A stretch of 63,319 bases of DNA, filler included, from Conidiobolus incongruus B7586 (Eukaryota): the NCBI GenBank assembly GCA_000697335.1. It is 12 parts of 12 records of this genome, joined end to end, with 100 filler letters (N's around TTAATTAATTAA, not from the genome) between each part and the next. Parts side by side here need not be neighbours in the genome. Positions count along the whole stretch, not along the records: positions 1 to 19,896 come from JNEM01007038.1; positions 19,997 to 23,820 come from JNEM01007041.1; positions 23,921 to 28,734 come from JNEM01007042.1; positions 28,835 to 33,594 come from JNEM01007043.1; 8 more parts are not named here. The stretch is one strand, 5' to 3'. Of the stretch, positions 17,117 through 30,487 are shown piece after piece. The notes under the pieces are model-generated. The model had not been told where the DNA came from and did not search any database. It saw only the letters and a program-made list of their open reading frames with translations. Position 1 is the first letter of the stretch. Each line of letters starts with the position of its first letter. Position numbers and translations under genes: made by a program.

Positions 17117-18508
17117 CAACAGTAATCTACACTAAATGAATTTTAAGCTCAAAAAAATATAATATACAAAATATATCTTATCGATCTCATTTTATTTATA
17201 AATTAGTCAGTAAATCGAGTTATAAATTTGATATCATTTTTGACTTATTATTAATATACTACTCTCGACTGAAAAGTGTCAATCAAATGGGTATAACGAG
17301 ATATGAAAGAATATCTAAGCAATGTGTGCAATCATTTGCATTTATATTATAACTCAAAAAATAATCAGGTTATATAGCTACTGGTATTTTAATAGGTCAA
17401 TATATTCATATAATGTCAAATAAATAATTTTATTAATAAATTATCCAAGCTTGATAATACAAAAAATAAGAATAAACAATGAAACAAGATTAATTATGGT
17501 TCAAATTTATTAATATTTAAACTTTGAAATGATTTTTCAATATCAAGACTAAAATACGGATTTTAAAGAATTCTAGTTTTAGTTAATTAAGCTTTAAAGA
17601 TAATAGTTAATAGATCGTATATTAATATCCATATTAAATAATTTTATCAGATCGATTATTCTCATTAATGAGAGAGATACAATAAACTATTATTTAACCC
17701 AAATTTGCAGGGTAAAGCAATCTACTATGATTTGCTATAAATTCAAAATTGAAAAAAATACAGTGAATCATATAATGAAAATATATATATTATAATTTGA
17801 TTGTTTATCAATTATGAATATAAAAATTTAAATTTTGATTCATTTTTATCAAGTTATTTTTCAAACTTTGTATACATCAATCAATTCTAAGGTATCCAAA
17901 ATCATAAAAATATTATAAAAATGAATAGCTAATGATATATTAATATATATCGATTTTTAATTATATTATAAAATATGTTGATATGTGTTATTTGGTAATA
18001 GAATATTTATATAGTATAAAATTCATTAATTATTATAAATAATAATTCATCAAAACATTTAATGAACTTAAAATATCCATCGAAGTATGCTTAAAACATG
18101 CAAGTAATTCATTAAAAGTTGATTATGTTTCTCAAATAAGAAAATATAGAACAATCACTTGATTCAAGATCAAAATTGCAAATAGCTGATGTTAAGAAAT
18201 TTATATTCTATGCTGAGAATTAAAATGGAATTTAAATACAAAAATTCAGATATATATTAGAAGAGTGTACTATAGATAATTGTTCTATATTAATGCTTAG
18301 ATTACAGTCCAATATATATTTCCTGGTATAAGTTACAGCGATGACATGAATAATTTAATCAAAAACTCAGCAATATAATCATTTAATAATTGAAAATTAT
18401 GACCACAATCCCATAAAAATTAATTGAAAATTCAAAATATAAATTCAATTTTGTAACAATTGATGAAAAGCATTACTTTCAATACCATATAAAATCCAGT
18501 AACATAAA

Positions 18509-18706
18509 ATGTCTCGCCCATTCAATCATTTTGCCGACCCCAATCCCAAGAAGAACGAAAACGAAAACTTCATCACCAGATTTATTCGTCAAGAAATTTT
18601 GGATCCCCAAACTTTCGCCGGAAACTTAAACGTCGCCTTTAACGTTGGCGTTTTTGGTGCTGCCGTTTACATTTTACAAAACTATGGCGATTTATTGGCA
18701 CTTTAA
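18509..18706 (+). CDS. TOM6: Mitochondrial import receptor subunit Tom6-like (65 aa, tail-anchored)
   Basis: Intronless ORF in AAAATG context with highly-expressed-type codons; C-terminal TM NVAFNVGVFGAAVYILQNYGDLLAL resembles the fungal Tom6 pattern (F.GAAV.....GD/EML). Confidence 0.65.
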   Translation: MSRPFNHFADPNPKKNENENFITRFIRQEILDPQTFAGNLNVAFNVGVFGAAVYILQNYGDLLAL

Positions 18707-19349
18707 TTTGGAGTATTTTTAATACTTAAATTTATTAACATATATAAAGTACAGAAATTTAACAAGATATTTTTGATTTATATATGGATTAGAAAATTCA
18801 CAATCTATACTTATATATCTATCACTTTTTAATACCCTTATATAGATAAACGCAAAGTGAATATCACAATTATCACTTAGTATTAATTATATATATCCAA
18901 GTGTTACAAACTTTTAAAGACTTAAAGGACAAATAATGCCAAAATCTATCATGTAGATAAACAAATTATATCAAAATTTAAGACTTATATTTTTATAAAT
19001 TATCAAACATTATGTCATTTATATCATTGTAATTTATTAAAAAATTCATTACAAACCACTATCGAGCAAACCATTAAGAGTTGATTATACTGTCTTAGTC
19101 TATACATAATGCAAAAATTCAAACCAGTCATTATTAACCACTTACTCTCTAATTTCAAAAATAAGCATCTATAATATAGAAATACATATTATAACGAACT
19201 CAAAACCAACAATTATGATTATTAATTCACTTTTATTTTCTTACAAAAAATATTCCCATAAAACAATTATTAAATTTTCAAATTATAAAATTACAATTCA
19301 GATATATGATTTTTATTTAAGATAATTTAAACTAATTGAATAAATAAAA

Positions 19350-19874
19350 ATGGCTAAAGTTGAAAATAATAAAATTCAATGGGAAACATCTGTAATACAA
19401 TATCAATAATTTATATAGATTTTTACTCAATTTAATGACTTTAGGAATTTCCAATTTTGTGTGAAACTTGCTTAGGTGAAAATCCCTATGTTAGAATGGT
19501 ATTAAATTATTTTTATATTTTCATTGGACAGCTTTGTAATAGTAAAATTATTTAAAATTTAGATTAAAGAACAATATGGAAATGAATGCAAAGTAAATAA
19601 ATTTAGTTTATCAAGTTGTTATTTATTCACTTTTATATAGATTTGTAATAGACCTTTTACTGTATTTCGTTGGAACCCAGGCTCAAACTCAAGGTTTAAG
19701 AAGACCGAAATTTGTACCACTTGCGCTAGAGTGAAAAATGTCTGCCAAACTTGTATTCTCGACCTTCAATTTAATTTACCAGTACAAGTCAGAGATACCG
19801 GTTTAGATGTTCAGTCCGCTGTTCCTAACTCTAACGTCAATAAAGAATATTATATTCAAAATGCTGAGAGAGCG
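19350..19874 (+). CDS. SLT11: Pre-mRNA splicing factor Slt11/Ecm2/RBM22, 5' part only (runs into an assembly gap)
   Basis: Four exons give [56 protein letters not shown]...[33 protein letters not shown], the RBM22 N-terminal zinc finger; followed by GTAAGT donor and N-gap. Confidence 0.93.
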
Positions 19875-19996
19875 GTAAGTCTTTTAATAGTTAATCNNNN
19901 NNNNNNNNNNNNNNNNNNNNNNNNNNNNNNNNNNNNNNNNTTAATTAATTAANNNNNNNNNNNNNNNNNNNNNNNNNNNNNNNNNNNNNNNNNNNN

Positions 19997-20465
19997 ATTA
20001 ATAGTAAACTATATATTGCTTTTTTAAATAAAAGTATTTCTAATTAGTGTTCTCAATATAATTTGAGAAGACCTATTATTTTGCATGATAATTGCAAAAT
20101 ACACAAATCTAAAGCTGTAAAAAACTTTCTAATTAAAAATAACTGGAAAGAATTACCACATCCAGTATATTCCCTTGATTATAACCCATGTGATTATAAT
20201 TGCTTTGGGCAATTAAAAAACCAGCTTGCAGGAAAGAAAATTTCTGCAGGAAAATTTAATTGGTTTGTGAAACATCAAATTTCAGTCCTTAATAAAAAGA
20301 ACTATTTTTTAGGTGTTAGAAGTTTGCCAAAAGTATGGCAAAAAGTTATTAATAATAAAGGAAACTATTAAATTTATATTATATATTTATTTTTATATAT
20401 CATATATTCAAATGTTTATTTATTTTTAATCGCAAAAAATTCCCATTATTAAAAATGCAGAGTAA
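19997..20465 (+). mobile_element. Mariner (DD34D) transposon, 3' part with terminal inverted repeat
   Basis: ORF 20063-20371: IILHDN...WKELPHPVYSLDYNPCDY, 34 residues between the two Asp; C-terminal LPKVWQKVINNKGNY; end ...TTCCCATTATTAAAAATGCAGAGTAA followed by TA. Confidence 0.88.
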
Positions 20466-22856
20466 TAGTATTTAAACCCATTTTCAGATCAAAATTGATA
20501 AAAGATTTTTTAAACAAAATTATATTATAAAAGATAATTTTCAAGTTTATTGACGCAATAATTCAAATAAAAATAATTGATTTTATCGGTTTAATTCATA
20601 TATTTAATCATCACAATTTACTTCTTGCAATATTGAAGATTAATCAACTTATTTTTTCATAAGATAATATCTTCGATTATCAAGTTGATGATTTTTCAGC
20701 CCCCTCCTAAGAAACAAACAGCTTGTAAGGAATAATATCATTGCTACAGCCTGCCTTCCAAAGGTTAGATGTCAATAATCATATATAACCAAGTTTTAAT
20801 AATTCGAATTAATTTGATCAAGGGTTTGAATCTTATTATTCTATCGTCATTTATCCAAAGTTCCGGTTGTCCAAAACTCACCAGTCATTTTGATTGGTAC
20901 AATGTAATTTTTGGGAATTAGTATGATTTAAGCCACCTTGCAAATAACGCGAATTACACTTTTTATCAAAAATTCACATTACATTTTTTAAATTGAGATT
21001 GGTTGGTTGATTGTCAGTGAATGGATTTTTCCGTTAAAACAGTCTTGAAAATTTTATTTAAAATATCTCTGAGGCTTGGCCATATTGATCAATTATCGAT
21101 TGCTGACGATCTTATATTAATTTAATTTCGTATTATGAAATAAAGTTTATTAGATATTGCCTTATATCTACAAATCGATAACGTGTCTTGATTAAGGGAT
21201 GATTAAAGTAGATTGAGAAATAAATTTAGTTTTTCAAGAAATTGTTGATTTAGTTTTGATCATTTATCTTTAGATTTAATTATATTTAAAGTTTTGAAAT
21301 CAACCACTTATATTAACAAAATAATAACCAGAACTATAAAAATTCCATATTGGTGAGAAATAATCCGAAATTCATCAAAATTTTTCCAGTATTTGTTGAT
21401 TTGAGGAGACATTAGATAAATATAATGGAATGATCTAATATTAGCATTTGATTGAATGGTATTGGTGTCCAAATAGTTTTTAATAATGGATATGATTATT
21501 AAATAATTTTACGTTTTGATCGTTGATACAATCATATATTCACATACTCAAACAATGCATTTCAAATAATATCCATATCCTTAATCATTTTTCAATCCAA
21601 TATATCCGTATTTAATTCAACATAGTGAATTTTACCTTATTAATCCAAATTCTACCACGTTACAAAATCGATACAATCTAAATTTTCAAATTCTATCGAT
21701 ATTGTGATACTATAAACTCTCAACAGATATCTGACCACTTTAAAATTTTAATCATCCAAAATATCAAATCATTCCTTATGTTTTGTCACTTTCTGACTAA
21801 GCACAAAATACTATAGCATAAAAATACTAGTCTATTGATATAGTTTCCACCTTCATTGCTTAAAAAGTGAGTCTATTTGTCACAAATTATATAGATTTAT
21901 TTGATAAATATTTATAATTTGAGAATTGAATCAATTATGGTATAATTAACAAGTACAGCTACATATAGATAATGATCAGTAATAGCACAAGTTTATAGAA
22001 ATCAAGTTTAACAAGACTATTTTGATTAGTTTATTTTAAAATATAATGTCTGTCCAATTGAAGATATTGAATCTATATATCAAACCCAATTATTCATGCT
22101 ACCAAAATAGATTGTACAATTCACTTTTTTATTCAATTATTTTATAATAAATATTGTTGCTATTTTAGATTTTATGAATATTTTCAATATTTGCTAATAT
22201 TTGAAGAATTTAATCTCACATTATGTTGAGAGATAGGATTTATTAACATATATTTAAATATTGAACCCATAATTCCTGCTTTATATTTAATGCTATTATG
22301 GAAAAAGAACTATCTTTATTTGCAATAACTTTGTATATCAATTCAGGTAATCAAACAGATGTATCCCAATGATCTAAATTTAATCATTAATATAATTTTC
22401 TTTACAAAAATATTAATCAATAAAAAATTTTCAAGCATATATTTAATGCTGAAAATAAAATTTGTACTATAAAATAAACTACCATTTTGACTCAATATAT
22501 ATTCACTCATTGCCAAGTATAAAATTTTTCTACATTCTCATTATGTAATATCTTTGGGTTCATGTTAATCGACAATTATTTAATTGCTTCAATTTCTCAA
22601 TTATTTAAACTTTATCTCAATATAGTTATTTGCATTGTTTTTTAATCTATGCTAAGTATGATTACCTTGTCAAACTTTTTTCTCTGAGCTCTTTTGTCAT
22701 TGTAATTATTAACCATATATATAATTATTTACTAACTCTATAATTTACCCAATTTTATTACTATTGTTTGAATTTGATAATTTCAATATTAAATTTAATA
22801 AATTTATCATTTTATAGGTATATTACACTCTGAAACAATATAGTAAATAATATACA

Positions 22857-23339
22857 TGCCAACGAACTCTAAGATCCGCCAATGAGGGGCTTAAGAACCC
22901 ATCACAAGAACATCACATTGATGTATAAGGATTCCCCATCTCGCGACAGACACAATCGCATTATCCAACGTTTACCCACTGTAGCCAATCAAGTTTTTCC
23001 CCAGCTAACCATCATACATATTGCGAAGATAATAAGTCCAAATGCTGAAACCTGTGCAGGATCTTTAAGGGAGACTTCCTTGAGCATTGCAGGAGGGAGA
23101 AAGAGGCGTAACGTCAACATTGTAATAGTCAGTAATTATAAATACAATACTTTAACTTTTGAGATAGCAGTTTATTAGTCCTTGAATCTTTTTAAGAGAA
23201 TGACCAAAATAGCTGAGTGGGCTATTCTGGTGTGCTTTCTTATACATTTTTATTTTGTACTAATTGTTTTGATTAACTTGAATTGTTTCTGGGACTATTT
23301 TTAAATGTTTCTAGTATATCCTTGTTTTAATTAATGTCA
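22857..23339. repeat. GC-elevated island, possible solo LTR relic
   Basis: About 480 bp clearly richer in G+C and CpG than its flanks, bounded by TG...CA with internal TATAAATA, but no TSD found. Confidence 0.25.
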
Positions 23340-25534
23340 TAATAGTTCATCACAATGAATTATTTTAAATCCAAATTTTTAAAATTATGAAATATTTAAA
23401 TATTTTATCTTATTCTTAATTTAAAATAATTAATAATTCAATAAAAATTAAATTTATAAAATAAATAAATATTATTTAGTATGATTCAATTATAATATTG
23501 AAATTATTTTCCAATTTTATAATTATATATAATAGATAATTTCATAAATTAAATATTATATCATTTTTCATTTAATGACAATTTCCAAAATTTGAAAAAT
23601 AGATTAATATTTAATATTTACTATATAAATATATATATATTTTTTTGATTTTTGTAATTAAAATTAAACTCAAATAATTATATCTTTTAAATATTATTTT
23701 AAATTTCATGAAATCAGTTTTATATATATAAAATATATTTCTCGAATAATATAAATATAATGAATTTAATAAATAAATAAATATTATTTATAATTCTTAT
23801 AAATATTAGTAAAAATATTTNNNNNNNNNNNNNNNNNNNNNNNNNNNNNNNNNNNNNNNNNNNNTTAATTAATTAANNNNNNNNNNNNNNNNNNNNNNNN
23901 NNNNNNNNNNNNNNNNNNNNATATAACTCTGAATATTTTATTTTTTTAATTATATAAATAATATAAATAATAATAAATTAATATTAATTAAAAATGAAAT
24001 TTAAAAAATTTAACCTTATTTATTGACTTTTGATATTTATTTTATAATTTATCTATAATTTATCATAAGCTATATAATTATATTTTGAATTTGAAAATTT
24101 ATAAACTTAAATTAATTTAAAGCTTTATTGATAATTTATGGCTTTCCAAAACTGAAAATTTATATTATTTTCAAATATATTAATTATTAACAATATAATC
24201 AATATATTCCATTTTACTAATATTATCAGGTTATTTTTTAAATCTTTTATTTCAATGTAAGCTTTGTTAATATTATTATTAATATTACTAATGATCATTT
24301 AGGTATATATAGTTAATTTATTAGAATCTAATTATTTAAATAACAATATCTTTTCAATTAGTAATTTGAATAAAATGCTGATATTTTCATGAAAATGTTT
24401 TGCAAATTTTAACAACAATATATACTCAAATAATAGATATTAGTTTTATTAATTAAATATTTAAAAATCAAATGAAAACAGATTAAATTAAAATTGATAA
24501 GAATTTTAACATTAGTCGTATAATTTTTCCCTAGTTTGATAAAGTTTAAATTTACTTGTGTAAAAAAGAAAAGTATATAAATAATTTAATATATAATGAA
24601 AGATATAATTCAACTTTGGATATTTCAATCTTGATTGAGCATCACAATTATTATCATAGAATATATAAAATAAATTGTATTATTATCAGTCACTTTTTTG
24701 TGATTTTAGTTTCTATACTTAAAACCATATATATCATGTTTATTTTTGAATAATCAAATTTACTAAAAATATATAATAGTTTTATTATTAATATATATTC
24801 ACGAACTATACATCAAAGCTAAATAATTGATATATTTATTCTATAGTACTTAATTTAATATTGATTAGGTTTTTTATATGATATAATCTTATATAAGTAA
24901 TCAGATTCATAATTTGTAATCGATTGTTTTTAGATCATACAATAATTTAAACTATAGTCCAAATTGTTTGTGACAAAAAATTTTCTATCAAAAGTATTCA
25001 ATTGAATATTTCCTCCAATTGGATAGATTTTGATATTTTAGTACGAATAAATAATTCAATTTATAAATTTTACAGTTTATCAAATTCAACTTTTTATTCT
25101 TAAGTGTTTTTAATATAATAATAGAAATTAAAATTAAATAATGATATAATTTGAAAATTGGAAATATTTTCTAAAAAATGCTATAAAAAATAAATAATTC
25201 AAATATAAGTTTGAAATTGATGATGCCATCAAATAAAAGGCAAAAAAATACTGCAAAATTAAAATTTCCCCAGAATGGGTTGCGAATTTCAATGTAATAT
25301 GACAAATTTTAGCTAGGTTAAATAAATCAATTACAATGATTCAAAGTTTTTTATTGGGCATTTTTAATTGAGTTAATATTGGAGCTTTTAATTATTTTAC
25401 AACAAAATATTTTCACTACAATAGTATCAATACTGTGGTATTGCTTTAAGACGACAATATTAAATAATTATTCTAAATTAATCAAGCTTTAATGAAATTT
25501 AAATTATTTTATTAACATACTTTCTCTGGATTAA

Positions 25535-27151
25535 TTAGATTTTTAGATTTCTTAGACTTAGTAGAGCAACGAGGGAAATAGCGGAAAATGGTAGTAACCC
25601 AATATAAACAAAGTGAAAAGCATTGTTGTAAGCTTCAGTAATGGGTTCAATTACTTCTTTTGGAAATGTATTCACGTGGGATAGCGTAGACATAATATGT
25701 TCGATATTGATATCTCCAGGTATCTTGGATAAATTCCTAAACAATACGTTATTGAATATAGCTCCAACAAGTGCTAATCCAACCACTCCCCCCATATTGA
25801 GGCAAAAACTGATGAATGAAGTTGCATTCGCCACCTCGTGTGAAGGAGCACCAGCTTGAGCTGCAATAATCACCAGTTGTTGATTCAACCCAATACCTAA
25901 ACTTGTTAGCAGGATGAAAATTATATGTAGGTACCGAGGCGTTTTGGTATTTGTGATGAGCATTAATCCAGTTCCCAAAAGCATAAAACATCCACCTGCC
26001 CACATTAATGGACGATAAACCCTAAATTTACTTGCCAAAGTCACGGAGCCATAAGAGAACAGGCAAGCGGATCCCATTAATAGTAGCAGGTAATAGCTTG
26101 AGTTAATGACATTTAATGAGTGAACTATTTCAAAGTATAATGGAATATAATATGAATAGCAAAACCAAATAGCTCCCATTAAGAAATTGGCTAAGCACGC
26201 ACAAATCACATTGTGTGTAAACATATGGACAGGTAGTAAAGGGTTTGTTACATACCATCCTTCGATATACACTAGTGTAATTAATAAAACTCCTGCTGAG
26301 ATCAGAGGTCCCAATACCATTGGAGAGGACCATGGATAGTCCTTGCCACCCCAATTGGTTCCCAATACTGTTAAACAAATTGCCGATACTAGAAGAGACA
26401 CACCTGCCCAATCCACAACTTTGAACTTATCCCAGAAACAACCTTTAGGTACTGGAAGTGGTAAGCAAAATATGGCTAGTACAACGGGGATTAATGTCAA
26501 TGGTACATTAGACAGGAAAACCCATTTCCAACTGACGTACTCAGCTAATGCACCAGACCCAACAATGCCAATTACATTACTAAGTATTAGGGTAATGGTT
26601 AAAAGTCCAAAGTAAAACCCTCTCTTTTCTAATGTTGTAATATCAGAAATAATGATATAAGGTAAAGTGAGCAGGCCACCACCTCCAACACCTGACATTG
26701 CACGAAAGAGCACCATAAGTGGCAAATTAGTTACCAATCCGCTTCCTAATTCTCCGACTAAAAATATTGATAGAACTGTTAAAAGCACCGGTCGCCTACC
26801 AAAAGCATCGGATAATCTTCCATATAAAGGGTCTAACGCGACCACAGTTAATAAATTTCCTACAGCAATCCAGGTGACACTATCGCCCACTTTGAGATCG
26901 TTGGCAATAGATCCTGCTACAACGACTCCCATCACATCGTCAAAATTTGATAATGTCACGCATAATAACAAACACAGGACAGCTAAGATGCGTTGCGTCC
27001 GACTCAACTCTATTAGGCCCACAGTAGAATGAGCATGAGAATTTATTTCATGAATGAGTAGCTTTTCACTTTGATGGATATCCTTTTGAGTTATGCTGAT
27101 ATTAGATTCCATCCTTTCTTTAAGAGAGAAGGAAATGCTATGCCTCCCCAT
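25535..27151 (-). CDS. MFS drug:H+ antiporter (DHA2, about 14 TMS), intronless, 538 aa
   Basis: Motif A YGRLSDAFGRR, motif B LFRAMSGVGGGG, WKWVFLSNVP, D-W-x-G in VDWAG, WGG..YPWSS typical of fungal DHA2 pumps. Confidence 0.93.
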   Translation of the reverse strand: MGRHSISFSLKERMESNISITQKDIHQSEKLLIHEINSHAHSTVGLIELSRTQRILAVLCLLLCVTLSNFDDVMGVVVAGSIANDLKVGDSVTWIAVGNLLTVVALDPLYGRLSDAFGRRPVLLTVLSIFLVGELGSGLVTNLPLMVLFRAMSGVGGGGLLTLPYIIISDITTLEKRGFYFGLLTITLILSNVIGIVGSGALAEYVSWKWVFLSNVPLTLIPVVLAIFCLPLPVPKGCFWDKFKVVDWAGVSLLVSAICLTVLGTNWGGKDYPWSSPMVLGPLISAGVLLITLVYIEGWYVTNPLLPVHMFTHNVICACLANFLMGAIWFCYSYYIPLYFEIVHSLNVINSSYYLLLLMGSACLFSYGSVTLASKFRVYRPLMWAGGCFMLLGTGLMLITNTKTPRYLHIIFILLTSLGIGLNQQLVIIAAQAGAPSHEVANATSFISFCLNMGGVVGLALVGAIFNNVLFRNLSKIPGDINIEHIMSTLSHVNTFPKEVIEPITEAYNNAFHFVYIGLLPFSAISLVALLSLRNLKI

Positions 27152-28834
27152 GATGACACTTTTAAATCAATTATGCTAATATCAATAAGTAGGGTATAAA
27201 TTTGAATTAAAGCTTATTATATATTGGTATTAATTATATTAAATTGATTTAAATTAATTGAATATAATTTAAATTTTAAATTAATCTATATAATTATAAA
27301 AAAGATTTTTTTAGACAAAAATTCAAATAAAATTAGCTCTTTGATTGATTTAAATATCCTAGGGATATTCTTATAATTTGATGTATTAATGAAAATCTTT
27401 AGTTTTTAGTAATTTATTAATTCATATTGAATTTTTATGATAGACCAATCATTGGTTTAGTAGTGCGTTGAGGTCAAGTTGATACATCAAAGTTAACAAC
27501 ATTCGACTCATTCTTAGGGCACCAGCACCTACCCAATTTAGCAATTCAAAGGAATTTTTCAATCTTAATTGGATAGTCTAAATCCATGTAAACTTAATTA
27601 AGAAACTATTATAATCAATTGAAATGATTAGTTTGTTGATATATTCCAGACGATCTTTATTGGGGAAATTTTAAGGATATTTTGAATTATATTCACTTAA
27701 TTATAATCACTTAATAATAACATTAGATATATAGTTATCGTGATTATAAAGATAGTTAGAATATTAAATTCAAAATTTATTGATTTCATTATACACTAAA
27801 TCGTAATATCACTTGTAAAATTACTATTAAAAGTTAATGATTAAATTCTAAAATTAATGAAATTTAATTAAATTTTAAATTTAATTAAAAAATATCTTTA
27901 GAATCATATTTTAACTCATTTTAATTATTTCTTTGAAGCTAGCATAATTATAATTACATATGATCTATATTCATTTCTATTATTAAAATAATAGTTCTAA
28001 ATACTAATATTAGAAACATTCAAAATTTTCATAGCATACAATATATCATTTAAATATATATTTATCAAATATTCCATTATTTAATTTATCAATAATTATA
28101 ATTTTATTTTGATTTTTTTTAGCCAAAATATCGAATAAGAGATTGATCCAGTTAAATTGTTAATTAAATTAATTAAAATAAGGAAGATTATAACCCAATA
28201 TAAACTATATTCCTAATTTTTATCAAATTATATATCATTAATTGCTATTTATTATTAATTATATAATTTAATTAACTTTATTTGTTAATATTTATTCCTT
28301 AAAAATTCAAATAATATTGATACTATAAACTCCTATATAATCAAAAATAATAAATATTTTTAAATTTTTTTATTAAATATATTTTCATTAATAATAAATA
28401 ATAAAAAATAATTTAAAGTGTATAAAATTTGGTAACTTATAGAACTATAAATTTATAAAAATTTATAGTATTTATGTTATTCATTGGTAGAATTCTATCT
28501 AATGGATTTTATAATAAATCTATAATTTTGCTTAATATCATTTTAATTAATTTGTGATTTTGATTTATATAAGTTTTTCATAGTTAATAATATAATATAT
28601 TATTAGTATTAAATTCTTTAAAATTTTTTAATTATATAAATTAGTATAAAACTTGATGATAATTGTATATTTTATTAAATAATCATTAATGTTTTAAATA
28701 TTATTTGTAAATCAATATTTAATATCAATTTATANNNNNNNNNNNNNNNNNNNNNNNNNNNNNNNNNNNNNNNNNNNNTTAATTAATTAANNNNNNNNNN
28801 NNNNNNNNNNNNNNNNNNNNNNNNNNNNNNNNNN

Positions 28835-28997
28835 AATAAAATAATAATTAAAATTAAATATATATATATATATATATATATAGTTTGAAAATATTTATTT
28901 TCCTATATATTTTATATTTAAAAAATCTTTCAAAATATATAATATGTTTGAAAGATTAGAAATTAAAAAATTTGCTATTTTTTAATTTCTATAGTAA
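28835..28997 (-). mobile_element. Mariner left-end fragment (TIR plus 5' UTR) beside a gap
   Basis: Reverse-complement similarity to 39069-39210 (AGTTTGAAAATATTTATTTTCCTATATA...AGAAATTAAAAAATTTGCTATTTTTTAATT); TA at 28998-28999. Confidence 0.6.
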
Positions 28998-30487
28998 TAA
29001 TAATTTTAAATTATTTGATAATAAACAGGCAATTGAGTAAGATAATATAGCTAGACTATTTAGTTAAGATCATCTCTTTTTAGTTGATATATACTCTTGC
29101 TATAATATATTAGAGTAACTATTTTCCAACCATTGCTCAGAAATATAATTATATTAATTATTTATACTATTCAAATATATCATATGAGACTAGAATTGGG
29201 AAATTATAAAAATAATAATTTGGTGAATCAATATCAATCCAGTTGAGATCTTAAGGAAAATATATTATTAATTGAGAGGAATAAAATAGTCCAATATTAA
29301 TAATTACTATAAAGTGGATTTTTTATTATTTGTTAAATTATAATAAAATCAAATGACAATTATCGTTCCGTTTATATTACTAAGTGAATCATATAATTAG
29401 AAAAGATTATTCAATTTTTAAAATAATTAATTTAAAAAATAATATTATAATTAATAAAATTATGTTATTTTAAACAATTAAATTTAAAATTAAAATTAAT
29501 AGAAAATGATGAAATTTAATGAAATAATAATTAATTTATATAATAATATTTGATTCAATGATTACATATTATATATTAAGTTTTCTCATAATAAAAAGTT
29601 TGACCCATTTTTTATGAGTAAATCCAATTCAAAGGAATAATAGTATATTAAATTTGTTGATGATATCATAATATACAAATTTAAATTAATTTCATTAAAA
29701 TTCTAATTTATAATAAATAACAATTTATGTTGAACGAAGTAAATTAAATTATATAATATTGTACTAATAGTTATAATATTATAATAAATAAGTAAATAGA
29801 TTATTTGATATTTGAATAAAGTTATTACAGAATTGTTGTTTTAAATTAAATCATCTTTATATGATTCAATCCTATTGAAATCACTATTCAAAATATATCA
29901 ACTGATTATAAATATATAATAATAAAATTAAGGTATATATTGATTGTTTATTAGAATTACTGCAGCAAGTATAGACATTTTATATATTATAGTAGATTGA
30001 AAAAAAATTAAATAATTTATATAAACAATTATTAAATTATAATGTCATAAATACAATATAATGTTAACATTAATTAATTTTATAAAATGAGAGAGCATAA
30101 ATTGAGTATTCATCTTTGAACAAACTAATTTTGATTAAAAAGTATTCAATAGATACTAATTATAAAATTTAATATTTCAATAATAATTAAAAATTAAATT
30201 TAAAATAATTTATATTAATTTAAATAATATAAGTTTAAAATATTAAAAATTCAATTTAAATTAATAAAAAATTATTTTAAAAATGATAATTTTATTTATC
30301 ATAATTTAATGTTAATTTGATCATCAAAGCCTTGTTTGATAATTGATAAATTGATAAAGTTTATCAATTATCAGCTTTGATTTATATTTATTAAAATAAG
30401 AAAAAAATTGATATGAAGAGAAATTTAGATAATTTGAGTATTATTTACATAAATAATTTTATTATTAAAAGCGTTTTAGGGGGAAGA

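Noticed and set aside
19897..19996. TTAATTAATTAA recurring in the centre of every N-gap
   Set aside because: Identical 12-mer centred in 100-nt gaps with stops in all six frames: an assembly linker, not biology and not a CRISPR repeat.
22882..23178. 98-aa ORF in a GC-elevated island
   Set aside because: No recognisable motif; more likely a chance frame in an LTR-like relic.
25641..27032. ORFs overlapping the MFS gene (and similar ones over the LEA_2-like gene, NAT, AlaRS and expansins)
   Set aside because: Shadow frames of real CDSs.
28858..28882. (TA)n runs here and at 1-21, 33695-33716 and 55344-55364
   Set aside because: Ordinary microsatellites and TA-target sites at contig or TE edges.
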